Shown here one piece after another: positions 1 to 17,066 of a DNA stretch of 64,000 bases (the first letter of the stretch is position 1; each line of letters begins with the position of its first letter). Location: assembly GCF_009914755.1 (NCBI RefSeq), contig NC_060926.1; one strand, written 5' to 3'. Origin of the DNA: the human T2T-CHM13v2.0 reference genome, Homo sapiens. Under the pieces are notes generated by a model that made no database searches, was not told where the DNA came from, and worked only from the letters and a program-made list of their open reading frames with translations. Made by a program: the position numbers and the translations under genes.

Positions 1-79
1 TACAAATATCCAGGCCCTTACTTTCAATTCATTCACCCAAAAGTCACAACACTTCCTCTTAAGTAAAAAGTGTATACCC

Positions 80-394
80 AAAAGTAGAGTTGCTGGAACA
101 GATGGTAATTCTATGTTTAATTTATCCATGAACCTCCACACTGTTTTCCACAGTGGCTGCACCATTTCCCATTCTCTCCAGCGTCGTATGAGGGTTCCAA
201 TTGCTCCATATGCTTGCCAATACTTGTTATTTTGTGTGTGTTTTATATTTTTTTGGTAGTAGCCTTTCTAATAGGTGTGAAGTGATATCTCATTGTGGTT
301 TTGATTAGCGTTTCCCTAATAATTAATGATATCGAGCATCTTTTCATGTGCTTATTGACATCTGTATATCTTCTTTGAAGAAATGTTTATTCAA
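80..394 (-). mobile_element. Ancient L1M ORF2 3' fragment (continues at ~690-710 and ~2735-3440)
   Basis: Degenerate antisense L1 phrases (ctccacactgttttccacagtggctgcacc; gatatctcattgtggttttgatt). Confidence 0.8.
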
Positions 395-687
395 TTTTTT
401 TTTTTTGAGACATGGTCTTGCTCTGTCACCCAGGCTAAAGTACAGGAGTGCCATCATGGTTCACTGCAGCCTTGACCTCCTGGGTCCAAGTGATCTTCCC
501 TTCTCAGCCTCCCAAGTAGTTGGGACACAGGCATGCACCACCACACCTGGCTAAATTTTTTATTTTGTGTAGAGACTGGGTCTTGCTGTATTGTCCAGGC
601 TGGTCTTGAACTCCTGGGCTCGAGTGATTCCCTTGCCTTGGCCTCCCAAAATGCTGGGATTATAGGTGGGAGCCACTGAGCCTGGCC
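395..687 (-). mobile_element. AluJ-type SINE
   Basis: Poly-T followed by an antisense Alu dimer with J-like diagnostics (cactgcagccttgacctcctggg). Confidence 0.9.
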
Positions 688-1257
688 TAAGTTTTTTGCC
701 CATTTATTCACCAAGACATTTGCATGTATAAATTTAATATTTAAGAGATTAAAATGTATAACACAAACATTCATATAAATGAGAAATGGACATATTAAAA
801 AGCATATTAGATAGCATTAAACTATTATAACATCAAACTTCTGGTATACAACAAATAATGAATATAGAGAGTGTTAAATACCTTTATTAGAAAGTTTGAT
901 GAGAATCAGGTAAACGAACAGAATTTATGACAGGTAAACATAGTGTACATGTTATTTTTAAATTCCAGACAAAAGCATTTAAAAGAAAAATTTTAGGCCT
1001 AAAAATGTCAGTAACTTCATGAAAGTAGAAATCTAACAGACCATATTTTCTAAACTCTGTGAAATGACAGTTGAAATGTCAGTGAAATGAAATCAACAAG
1101 TAATATCTAGCCACATGCAAGTTTTATTTAAGATCAACTTAAATAACTATTGGGTTAATGTGAAAATTAAAGCAAAGAATATTTTACAAAGTCATGGAAG
1201 TACTTAAGAGGAAGTCTTGTGACTGGAGTGAAAAGACTTTAATTCATCTAATTACTT

Positions 1258-2732
1258 CTTTTTTAAAAAAATTCAATTTTATTTTGGGTTCAGAGGTACA
1301 CATGCAGGTTTGTTACATGGATATGTTGTATAATGCTGAGGTTTGGGGTAGAAATGATCCTGCTACCCAGATAGTGAGCATAGTACCCAATAGGTAGTTT
1401 TTCCAAGTCTCTCTCCCCTCCCTCCCTCTGTAGTAGTTGCCAGTGTCCATTGTTTCCATATGTGTACTCAATATTTAGTTCCCACTTGTAAGTGAGAACA
1501 TGCAGTATTTGGTTTTCTGTTCCTGTCTTAATTCACTTAGGATAATGGCCTCCATCTGATTCCATGTTGCTGCAAAGGACATGATTTCATTCTTTTTTAT
1601 GGCTGCATAATATTCTATGGTGTATATGTGCCATGTTTCCTTTGTCCAATCTACTACTAATGGGCATCTAGATTGATTCCATGTCTTTGCTATTATGAGT
1701 AGGGCGGTGACGAACACACAAGTGCATGTGTCTTTTGGTTGAATGATTTATTTTCTTTTGGGTATACACCCAGTAATGGGACTGCTGGGTCAAATGGTAG
1801 TTCTGTTTTCAGTTCTTTGAGAAATCTCCAAACTGCTTTCCATAGAGGTTGTACTAATTTACATTCCCACCAACAGTGCACAAGCATTCCCCTTTCTCTG
1901 CAACCTCACCAACATCTGTTATTTTTTGACTTTTTAGTAATAGTCATTCCGATTAGTGTGAGATGGTATCTCATTGTGGTTTTGATTTGCATCTCTCTAA
2001 TGATTAATGATGTGGAGCATTTTTTCATGTTTGTTGGCCGCTTGTATGTCTTCTTTTGAGAAGTGTCTGTTCATGTCCTTCGCCCACTTTTTAATGAGTT
2101 TATTTGTTTTTTGCTTTTTGAATTAAGTTTTTTATAGATTCTGGATATTAGACCTTTGTTCTGATGCATAGTTTGTGAATATTTTCTCTCATTCTGTAGG
2201 TTGTCTGTTTACTCTGTTGATAGTTTTTTTTTTTGTTTTGTTTTGTTTTTGCCATGAAGAAGCTCTTGAGTTTAATTAGGTCCCACTTGTCTGTTCTTGG
2301 TTTTGTTGCAATTGCTTTTCAAAACTTCATCATAAAATCTTTGCCAAAGCCTATGTCCAGAATGGAACTTCCTAGGTTTTCTTCTAAGATTTTTATATTT
2401 TTAGGTGTTATGGTTAAGTCTTTAATCCATCTTGAGTTGATTTTTGTATATGGCAAAAGGTAGGAGTCCAGTTTCATTCTTTTGTATATGGCCAGCCAGT
2501 TAGCCCAGCACCATTTATTGAATATGAAGTTATTTCTGTATTGCTTATTTTTGTTGACTTCATTAAGATCAGATGGTTACAGGTGTGTGGCTTTATTTCT
2601 GGGTTGTCTGTCCTGTTCCATTGGTCTATGTGTCTGTTTTTGTGCCAGTACCATGTTGTTTTGGTTATTGTAGCCTTGTAGTGTAGTTTGAAGTTGTGTA
2701 ATTTGATACCTCTGGCTTTATTCTTTTTGCTT
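1258..2732 (-). mobile_element. 5'-truncated older primate L1 (L1PA13-16/L1PB-like): 3'UTR plus ORF2 C-terminus
   Basis: 3'UTR phrase tacacatgcaggtttgttacatgg...gtgagcatagtacccaataggtag; ORF2-like peptides ([27 protein letters not shown]). Confidence 0.9.
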
Positions 2733-3512
2733 ATTTGCCCATTTTTGAATTGAGTTTGTTGTTGTCATTGTTGTTGCTGTTGTTGTTAAATTGTAATTCC
2801 TTATATATTCTGGATATTATCTCCTTATCAGGTATATGATTTGCAAATATTTTCTCCATATTGCAGGTTACATTTTCACTCTGTTGATAGTGTCCTTTTG
2901 TTTATTACAAACAAAATATTTAATTTTGATGAAGTCCAATATATCTGTTTTTTTTCTTGTGTTGTCTGTGCTTTTCATGTCATATCCAAGAAGTCACTGC
3001 CAAATCTAATGTCATGAAAATGTTTCCCCTATTTTCTTCTAGAGTTTTATAGTTTAAATTCTTATGTTTTGGTGTTTGATCCATTTTTGGTTAATTTTTG
3101 TATATGGTATAAGGTAAGGATCCAACTTCATTCTTTTGTATGTGGATATTTAGTTTTCCCAGCACCATTTGTTGAAAAGACTGTTGTTTCCCCATTAAAT
3201 AGTCTTGGCACCCTTGTCAAAAAATTATTTGATTATTTATTAAAGGGATTATTTCTGGGATATCAATTATTTTTCATTGATCTTTATGTCTGTCCTTATG
3301 TCAAAACCATACTGTTTTCATTACTGTTGCTTTCTAGTATGTTTTGAAATCAGGAAGTATGGGTCCTTTAACTTTGTTCTTCTTTTTCAAGATTGTTTTG
3401 GCTATTTAGGATCCGTTGATATTTCATATGAATTTTAGGACTTTTCTTCCTCCTTCATTTTTGAAGGATAATTTTGTAGATATAAAATTCTTGGTTGATG
3501 GTCTTTTTCTAC
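2733..3512 (-). mobile_element. Ancient L1M: ORF2 fragment, then ORF1-region fragment; host of the young L1 insertion
   Basis: Degenerate antisense L1 text; sequence at ~3445-3512 reads on directly at 9700. Confidence 0.8.
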
Positions 3513-3753
3513 TGTCACTTTATTTTATTTTTATTTTATTTTATTATTATGATACTTTAAGTTTTAGGGTACATGTGCACAATGTGCAGGTTAGTTACAT
3601 ATGTATACATGTGCCATGCTGGTGTGCTGCACCCATTAACTCGTCATTTAGCATTAGGTATATCTCCTAATGCTATCCCTCCCCCCTCCCTCCACCCCAC
3701 AACAGTCCCCAGAGTGTGATGTTCCCCTTCCTGTGTCCATGTGTTCTCATTGT

Positions 3754-7579
<3,826 letters not shown>

Positions 7580-7642
7580 TATGATGTTAGCTGGTTATTT
7601 TGCTCGTTAGTTGATGCAGTTTCTTCCTAGCCTTGATGGTCT

Positions 7643-8659
7643 TTACAATTTGGCATGTTTTTGCTGTGGCTGATACTGGCTGTTCCTTTCCATGTTTAGT
7701 GTTTCCTTCAGGAGCTTTTGTAGGGCAGGCCTGGTGGTGACAAAATCTCTCAGCATTTGCTTGTCTGTGAAGGATTTTATTTCTCCTTTACTTATGAAGC
7801 TTAGTTTGGCTGGATATGAAATTCTGGGTTGAAAATTCTTTTCTTTAAGAATGTTGAATATTGGCCCCCACTCTCTTCTGGCTTGTAGAGTTTCTGCCGA
7901 GAGATCAGCTGTTAGTCTGATGGGCTTCCCTTTATGGGTAACCCGACCTTTCTCTCTGGCTGCCCTTAACATTTTTTCCTTCATTTCAACTTTGGTGAAT
8001 CTGACAATTATGTGTCTTGGAGTTGCTCTTCTTGAGGAGTATCTTTGTGGCGTTCTCTGTATTTCCTGAATGTGAACGTTGGCCTGCCTTGCTAGATTGG
8101 GGAAGTTCTCCTGGATAATATCTTGCAGAGTGTTTTCCAACTTGGTTCCATTCTCCCCGTCACTTTCAGGTACACCAATCAGACGTAGATTTGGTCTTTT
8201 CACATAGTCCCATATTTCTTGGAGGCTTTGTTCGTTTCTTTTTATTCTTTTTTCTCTAAACTTCCCTTCTTGCTTCATTTCATTCATTTCATCTTCCATC
8301 ACTGATACCCTTTCTTCCAGTTGATCGCATTGGCTCCTGAGGCTTCTGCATTCTTCACGTAGTTCTCGAGCCTTGGCTTTCAGCTCCATCAGCTCCTTTA
8401 AGCACTTCTCTGTATTGGTTATTCTAGTTATACATTCGTCTAAATTTTTTTCAAAGTTTTTAACTGCTTTGCCTTTGGTTTGAATTTCCTCCTGTAGCTC
8501 GGAGTAGTTTGATCGTCTGAAGCCTTCTTCTCTCAACTCATCAAAGTCATTTTCCGTCCAGCTTTGTTCCGTTGCTGGTGAGGAACTGTGTTCCTTTGGA
8601 GGAGGAGAGGTGCTCTGCTTTTTAGAGTTTCCAGTCTTTCCGCTCTGTTTTTTCCTCAT
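7643..8659 (-). CDS. LINE-1 ORF1p (p40 RNA-binding protein), intact 338 aa
   Basis: Uninterrupted 338-aa ORF with coiled coil and the conserved REKG, ARR and YPAKLS motifs; starts MRKK instead of MGKK. Confidence 0.95.
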   Translation of the reverse strand: MRKKQSGKTGNSKKQSTSPPPKEHSSSPATEQSWTENDFDELREEGFRRSNYSELQEEIQTKGKAVKNFEKNLDECITRITNTEKCLKELMELKAKARELREECRSLRSQCDQLEERVSVMEDEMNEMKQEGKFREKRIKRNEQSLQEIWDYVKRPNLRLIGVPESDGENGTKLENTLQDIIQENFPNLARQANVHIQEIQRTPQRYSSRRATPRHIIVRFTKVEMKEKMLRAAREKGRVTHKGKPIRLTADLSAETLQARREWGPIFNILKEKNFQPRISYPAKLSFISKGEIKSFTDKQMLRDFVTTRPALQKLLKETLNMERNSQYQPQQKHAKL

Positions 8660-9690
8660 CTTTGTGGTTTTATCTACTTTTGGTCTTTGATGATGGTGAT
8701 GTAAAGATGGGTTTTTGGTGTGGATGTCCTTTCTGTTTGTTAGTTTTCCTTCTAACAGACACGACCCTCAGCTGCAGGTCTCTTGGAGTTTGCTAGAGGT
8801 CCACTCCAGACCCTGTTTGCCTGGATATCAGCAGCGGTGGCTGCAGAACAGTGGATTTTCGTGAACCGTGAATGCTGCTGTCTGATCATTCCTCTGGAAG
8901 TTTTGTCTCAGAGGAGTACCCGGCCGTGTGAGGTGTCAGTCTGCCCCTACTGGGGGGTGCCTCCCAATTAGGCTGCTTGGGGGTCAGGGGTCAGGGACCC
9001 ACTTGAGGAGGCAGTCTGCCCGTTCTCAGATCTCCAGCTACATGCTGGGAGAACCACTGCTCTCTTCAAAGCTGTCAGACAGGGACATTTAAGTCTGCAG
9101 GGTTACTGCTGTCTTTTTGTTTGTCTGTGCCCTGCCCCCAGAGGTGGAGCCTACAGAGGCAGGCAGGCCTCCTTGAGCTGTGGTGGGCTCCACCCAGTTT
9201 GAGCTTCCCGGCTGCTTTGTTTACCTAAGCAAGCCTGGGCAATGGCGGGCGCTCCTCCCCCAGCCTTGCTGCCGCCTTGCAGTTTGATCTCAGTCTGCTG
9301 TGCTAGCAATAGCGAGACTCCGTGGGCATAGGACCCTCCAAGCCAGGTGCAGGATGTAATCTCCTGGTGCGCCGTTTTTTAAGCCCGTCGGGAAAGTGCA
9401 GTATTAGGGTGGGAATGACCCGACTTTCCAGGTGCCATGTGTCACTGCTTTCTTTGTCTAGGAAAGGGAACTCCCTGACCCCTTGTGCTTCCCGAGTGAG
9501 GCAATGCCTCGCCCTGCTTTGGCTCGCACACAGTGCGCTGCACCCACTGTCCTGCGCCCACTCTCTGGCACTCCCTAGTGAGATGAACCCGGTACCTCAG
9601 ATGGAAATGCAGAAATCACCCATCTTCTGTGTCGCTCACACTGGGAGCTGTAGACCGGAGCTATTCCTATTCGGCCATCTTGGCTGCCTA
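8660..9690 (-). promoter_or_regulatory. L1 5'UTR: internal sense promoter and antisense promoter region
   Basis: YY1 motif (gccatcttg on + strand, ~9674-9682); ORF0-like start ATGGCGGGCGCT at 9242 on + strand. Confidence 0.85.
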
Positions 9691-10261
9691 ACTCTTTTGT
9701 CACTTTAAATATGTCATCCCACTGCCTTCTGGCCTCCATGATTTCTGATGAGAAATCAGCTGTTAATCTTATTGCAGATCCATTGTAGATGATGTGTGGC
9801 TTTTCCTCCTTTCAGAATTCTCTTTGTCTTTTGAAAATTTGGTGATAATGTGTCTAGGTGCAGGTCTCTTTGAATTTATTCTACTTGAATTTTGTGAAGC
9901 TTCTTGAATGCGTAGGTTAATGTTTTTCATAAAATTTAGACATTTTAGCTATTATTTTATCAAATATTCTTTCCATCTCTTTCTTCCCTCTTCTGAGACT
10001 TCCAGTGGGTGCATATTGGTATACTTGATGGTGCTCCACATGTCCCTGAAGTTCTGTTCATTTTTGTTGTTCTTTCTGTTCCTCAAATTGTATAATCTTA
10101 ATTGACTTATCTTCAAGTTTACTATTCTTTCTTCTGCCTGACCAAATCTGATGTTAAGTCCCTCTAATGAATTTTTTATTTCAGTTATTGTACTTTTCAA
10201 CTCTAGAATTTCTATTTTTTTTGTTTGTTTGTTTTTACTATTTCTAGCTCGCTCTCTCTCT

Positions 10262-10558
10262 TTTTTTATTTTTATTTTTTGGATGGAGTGTCACTCTGTC
10301 ACCCAGGCTGGAGTGCAGTGGTGCAATCTTGGCCGAGTTCACTCCAGCCTGAGTGACAGAGTGAGACTCCATCTCAAAAAAAAATGGAAAAGGAAAGAAA
10401 AGAAAGAAAATGGTTAAACCTCAGTAACAACAGCAAGCTTTGTGGCATTTTAACTTGCCTTAGTCTCATTCCTCTATCCTCATACTCATGGTTGCTCTGA
10501 AAACTAATAGCCACACACTGCAACCTCCACCTTTCAGGTTCAAGCAATTTTCCTGCCT
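10262..10558 (-). mobile_element. 5'-truncated Alu carrying an internal inverted templated insertion
   Basis: Alu parts at 10262-10333 and 10516-10558; TSD atttctagctc at 10240-10250 and 10560-10570. Confidence 0.85.
10340..10517. repeat. Inverted duplicate of 11150-11325
   Basis: Base-by-base reverse-complement match with a few substitutions. Confidence 0.95.
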
Positions 10559-11246
10559 GATTTCTAGCTCTTTATTGATCATTCTTATATTTTTCTTTAG
10601 ACATGGTTTCCTGTAGTTCCTTGCATACATTTAAAATAGTTGATGTAATGTCTTTTTCTATTAATAGTAAATCTAATGTATCAACTTCCTTCCAAGGTCA
10701 GCCAGAGGTAAGAACTTAAGGTCTTTTGGGGTCTTTCCTGGGCATTTACATGGTACTGGGTATGCGCACATCCCTATGCATTCATGTAATTTTCTAGTTT
10801 CCCAAGAATATGTGGAGCTTTTCAAACCACCAATGGGTGTCTCATTTGCCAGCTTTTCCTTTTAATTTTTTTGGCTCATGTATTATTTGTTTGTTTGCCC
10901 CAACTGTTATCACTGCCTCAGACAGCTGTGATCTTAAACAATTGCTACTACTTTTGACAAATGTCCCAGGGAAAAGGCTATTCGCACTGAGATCTGAGAC
11001 TGGTCAAAGATAAAAACTGTGAGTGGGTTTTTCCAGATAACTTCCAGGGAGGTAAAATAATGACAGTTTATGTGAATTAAGATTTGGAGAAGCTCCAACC
11101 TTTTTCTGTGCCCTTTAGAGGCTGCTAGGCTACTGTTTTTCACAATAATTGTGTGGCTATTGGTTTTCAGAGCAACCATGAGTATGGGGATAGAGGAATG
11201 AGACTAAGGCAAGTTAAAATGCCACAAAGCTTGCTGTTGTTACTGA

Positions 11247-11568
<322 letters not shown>

Positions 11569-12411
11569 TTAATCATTTTCTTAAATAAATACTCCCCAGA
11601 TTATTGCAAGCCTTTGGTTAATTACCAGGTTCTGAAAAAGTTGGTTTTGACAATTTTTGGTGTTCTTATGGTATTTATATAGAGGGGAAGATTTCCAGAG
11701 GTCCTTGCTCTGTCATTTCTGCTGATGTTACTGCCTCCATTGCTTCTTGAAATTTGTTTGTTGACAGGAAGTCAGATAGTAATTTGATTCTTGTTAATTT
11801 TAGGTACTTTGTTTTTAGGCATTATGAACTTTTACCATAATATGTCCAGGTTGGTCCTTTCATTCAAGGACACGTGCATTTCCTCAGCTATAGGAAATTT
11901 TCTTCTATCATTTCTTTAGTGAGTTCCTCTCTTAGATTCTCTTTCTTCTGGATGTACCCTCCACGTTTTTGTCATACGTTTAATCTCTTTATCCTGTTAT
12001 TTTTTCTGGAGGAGTTTCTCTACTCTACCTCTTTGCTAAGTCTATCTTATGCTGTGTCTATCTGCTGTTCAGCCCACCTGCTGGGTTTTGATGACTTTCA
12101 TTTTTGAAGGTTAGTTCTTTTCTTAGTTGTAATTCATCCTCTCTGTCACAGTAAGGGTTTTCTTCAAATCTTTCCTGGTTTATGATTGTGTATTCCTTTC
12201 TGATTTGAGAGGCCCAGAAGGTGTGTCTGAGAATGCACTGCGTCTGGCAGTAGGGCAGGACATGGGGCCGGGCAGGTGAGTCAGTGGAGTCTTCTGGCCA
12301 AGATGCTTCCCCTCCTTCTGGGTGAGGCCAACCACCAGAAACATTGCTGTCTTTCTCTGTGCAAACACTGGGTATGGACACCTCTGGGGCTTGCTGTGCC
12401 TACTGTTTGGC

Positions 12412-12476
12412 ATGCATGTGCATGTGTGTGTGTTTGTGTGCATGTGTTTGTGTGCATGTGTGTTTGTGTGCGTGTG
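12412..12476. repeat. Imperfect (TG)n microsatellite
   Basis: Visible TG/TGCA repeat. Confidence 0.85.
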
Positions 12477-14002
12477 ACTGAGAGCACCTGCCTGACGGTC
12501 CTACTGTGATGTCCCACCAGCTCTGATCGTGGCCCAGAAACACCCTGGTCTGCACAAGCTCCCAATATCCTCTTCATCTGATTTAAGGAGTCATCCCCAC
12601 TCCATGCAACTGCCTCTCCTGGATGTGATTTGTATTCATTACTCTGATTTGATCTGTCTTCTGTCTTTCAGGAATGGCTCATTATTTCTGGCTAGATGCT
12701 GCCTTTCTTTATTTACCTTCACTGTTTCCAATTCACTTATTTAAAATTATTTTCTGTCATTTCTAGTGACTTGGTATGGGGGAGTGTGGGCTGTGGCGTG
12801 TCTTCAGTCACCCTTCTTTATTCACCCTTCTCAGGTGATTTTGTCAAAGTCATTTGAGATTTTCCTGTGGACTATGAATTCAGAGAAACTACTCATTGAT
12901 AATCAGAGGAGGAGATAACTTTTGCCCCCAATATCTTTGTAAATGTTGAGAATTTCAAACCTGAAGGCAGAGAAAGCATGGCTTTGGGCCATCCACTTCA
13001 CTAAAATGCAAACGTTCCTTATCCATAGTTAAGGGCTACTTTCCCTCGGAAGCTTCTCTCTTGACTGCCGACTACCTCGTTGCTGGAGAACTTCAGTGGC
13101 CTAACCTAAGACGGCCCCTTCTTGGCTGAGGGCCACTGTTTTAAAGCTTTGCAATTTTAGGGAGCGGTCTGGGTGGAGTCTTGTAACTGCACCCCGAAAC
13201 ATTTCCCACGCACTGGCTGCGTTGATGGCTGTTGGTGTCTGCGGTTCTCTGTTTCGGCCCGTGAAGGCAGAAGCATTGCTTGTGTTGAGAAAGCCCTGAC
13301 TCATCCCGCAGCCTCTGGCTGTGGTTTGCTCACACGTGTTTCTAGACCTCTGGGGCTGGCATTTTTTGTGAATTATTTCAAGTTCATTCCTGTTCCTCGG
13401 GCTCACCTCTGTGCAAGTGCTTGCTTGCCCTGCATGCCTAAAATGGCAGAAGGACCTCAACTCCACCTGATAACTTGTCAGTGATTGTTTGTTCTAGGCT
13501 TTTCCAGCACTACTGCATTATCATCTCCATGTTTGTGCAATGTAATCATAAAGATACGTTGTACTTCTCTGGAACTTTCCCCTGAGGAACTTTTGAACAT
13601 CTAAAGACGATAGTTCTGTAATCCTTGTAATTTTCCAGTCTGAGGTAAATGTTTCTTTGTTAATTTTTAAGGAAATGACTATGACTTTGATGATAGCAAC
13701 CTGAGCTTTTAATTTTACCGTAAAACAGAAGAACTCTGTATCCTGAGCCTGTGTAGAAATGAGGCATATCATACTTATAGGCGTGTGGATATGTGTACAG
13801 GCATCTTTCACTTAATGATATTTTGGCAAAGTTGACTACAGGCTATTTGTCAAAAAACTTATTCTATTTCCTGCAATACTTTTTTATATGAAATTAAAGA
13901 TATATTTTTCCAGAAGAAAAACTTCTAACAGAAAATATCCAGATTTTGTGAGGCAGGACTAAGGAGAGAGTTTAGCTCTATGGTGTCTAAAATGGTAGTT
14001 CT

Positions 14003-14313
<311 letters not shown>

Positions 14314-14982
14314 CTAGAATGGTAGTTCTTAGCCATGTCTGCACACTAGAATCACTTGGAAAACTTTTTGAAAAATACTGGTGCTTGCAATCTTTAAAGA
14401 CTAGGAGCAGACCAGTGCTGCCTGGGGCTGGGGTGAGGATGGGGGCTAACTACACATTGGCACTAGGAGACTTGTTGGGGAGAAGGGAAGGTTCTACATA
14501 TTCTAGATTGTGCTGCTGATTATACAACTATATATCTTAATAAAAAATCATTACACTTACAAGGGTGAATTTTATGGTATGCAAATTATATCTTAATAAA
14601 ACTCTTAAAAAAGCCGGCCTAGGTGTCACTTCAGAGTAATTAAGTCAGAATCTCTGGAGGTAGAACCTTGGCAACTTTTTCAAAAGTTTCCTAAGTGCAG
14701 CCTGGGGAGGAATAACCACTGGCCTAAAACCTTGTTTGCCTCAGTAAGACAGTCCTGCCCTAAGGCCAAGAACCTTCCAAACAAATACTACTTAGTAACG
14801 CAATTTGGTTTTTCTGAGTATCCCTTAGAGTAATTAAGGCTCCTAAGACTTAGATATGAAGATGGCTGATGCATCTGGCCTACAGTTCTATGGTGAAAAT
14901 ATAAGCAAATGACTGGATGAGTTATTGTAATTTTTTCTGGGGAAACGTTCACTCCTCACGTGCCTGGTGATTATCTGCCTAG

Positions 14983-15160
14983 TCAGGGCCAGGACGAGGG
15001 TAAGGCAAGTGAAACACTCACTTTAGGCAGAAAATTTAAGGGGGATACCAAAAAAACTCAATAAATGAGATAAATACTATTGTAGGGCAATCAAAATTGG
15101 TAAAAAAAAATATTGATGATGAACAGAATATCAACATATTAAATAAACGCAGGATCCTTC
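14983..15160. mobile_element. hAT-like DNA transposon fragment
   Basis: cagggccaggacgagggtaaggcaagtg...aaaatttaagggg start typical of hAT-Tip100 fossils (recalled). Confidence 0.5.
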
Positions 15161-15604
15161 TAGTCTCCCCAAGAAGGTGTGGTATCTGTCCTCTCCTCCT
15201 CAGAGTCAGGGCCACATTTAGCTGGTTCTGTAAGAAGGGCCTGATGGCTGTCTGGGCCTGAAACAGGAGGACTCACCCCCAGTCCTTGCTGCTGCTGTTG
15301 TGCCTGTGGGTGCACAGATGTCCTGTCTTTCTTCTTGTTGAAAGATAAGGCAGCCAGCTTTCTGGAGACCTGTGGGTTCCTGAAATACCACAAATGTGCA
15401 CTGAGCCCTGACTGGGTAGTAAGAAACAATTCCTTACTCTCCTTTTTTCTCCCCAGGGCACGGGAGAGTACGTGTGGTCTCCAAGGTTGTCTGTGCTTCT
15501 ATTTGTATTCTGTAGGCCTCTGTCTCTCTATAAAGAATCCCTTCTTGGTATCCAAACCTGGAGCTAGAAAATAAGTCTCTAGTTCATAAATTTATGGTAT
15601 CATC

Positions 15605-15777
15605 CAGGGGATGGATCCAGGTTTTCTGGAATGTGAAGCCTATCTCATTTTGGAGGATTTCCTTAAGAAAAATAATACAAATTTATAAATACAAAATTAA
15701 ATTTAGGGCTTTGGAAGGGGCCCCTTGCAAATGAAGGGCACTTAAGCTACATTACCCTTATGGCAAAATTGTCTCTG
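15605..15777. mobile_element. MER69A-like hAT MITE
   Basis: cagggg-tggatccaggtttt...ggaaggggccc...tctctg with CAG/CTG termini. Confidence 0.6.
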
Positions 15778-15892
15778 ATCTCACTTTAATATTTTATTTT
15801 CCTTATAGCATTGCAGGATTTCTTTCTGCAATTCACAGCTCCATCTGCCCAGAGGCCTTAGGAGTATGTCTCAAGTCTTGTCTTTCAATTTC

Positions 15893-16170
15893 CTTTTTTT
15901 GAGACAGAGTCTTGCTCTGTCGCCCAGGCTGGTGTGCAGTGGCGCAATCTCGGCTTACTGCAACCTCTGCCTCCCGGGTTCACACCATTCTCCTGCCTCA
16001 GCCTCTCCGATTAGCTAGGACTACAGGCACCTGCCACCACGCCCGGCTAATTTTTTTGTATTTTTAGTAGAGATGGGGTTTCACTGTGGTCTTGATCTCC
16101 TGACCTCATGATCCGCCCGCCTCAGCCTCCCAGACGGCTGGGATTACAAGCGTGAGCCACCACGCCCAGC
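15893..16170 (-). mobile_element. AluY-lineage element with a 12-bp left-arm deletion (AluYd-like)
   Basis: Sense reads gagatcaagacc-acagtgaaacccc; 14-bp TSD tgtctttcaatttc at 15879-15892 and 16171-16184. Confidence 0.85.
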
Positions 16171-16249
16171 TGTCTTTCAATTTCATAATTCCAAAAGCCC
16201 TAGTATTTTTTCTTTTGTGAGATAATGAAATACTTAAGAGAATTAGTTA

Positions 16250-16447
16250 TAGCATCGAACTGGCTGATTTTATATCCTGGCTCTGCCAAACTACTTGTAT
16301 GAGTTGGGAAAATTATTTAGTCTTTTTGCCTCTATTTTGGGCTCTGATCTTACCTCATAGGGTTTTGTTGGGGAAGGACTAAATGAGATAATGTGTATGT
16401 GGGGTGAAGAACAATCCCAGACAGATAGAAGACAATAAATGTTAGGT
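16250..16447 (+). mobile_element. MIR fragment
   Basis: atcctggctctgcca...cttacctcatagggtt...aaatgagataatg core. Confidence 0.65.
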
Positions 16448-17066
16448 AGTGTATCAGCCAGGATTCTTGGTTGTAAGCAACAGAAACTTACTCTGGTTTC
16501 CTTAAGTGGAAAAGGAAATTATTGGATGGATGTTAGTTCACAGAATTGGCAGGAAGTTTGGAAAAGCAGATGCTGAAAATAGGAAAGTACTAAGAGAGGC
16601 CAGGCAGCAGAAATAATCTGATGAGGGCATTCTGTTGCTGCTGCTAGACCCACATACCACTGCTGGATTCTGCCATTGCTGCAACCCTAATTTACCCATC
16701 CCTTCTTCATGGGGTCCCTTACTTAAGATTCAAAATCAATGGTAATCCCAACTTGCTGAGTCCCAAGGTTAGACAGATGCAGTTCTCTCCATGTTAAATT
16801 CTGTAGTAGAAGTTGGGGTATCTTACAGTGAGGGATTCTACCCAAATAGGAAGATGGTGTGGTTGTTGGGGAACAGAAATCCCCCAAACTATTCCTATTG
16901 TTTCTGTAGTGATTCCGTTGCTGTATTATTAATAGTTAATGCCTAATAGAACCATGCTGCAGTATGAGATTCTGCCAGTAGGTGCCACTCTTTGACATGA
17001 GCATGTACCTTAACCTCTTAACTCCTCAAAAGTAATCGGCTATTTTTTCCACTGAAATCAAACTGT

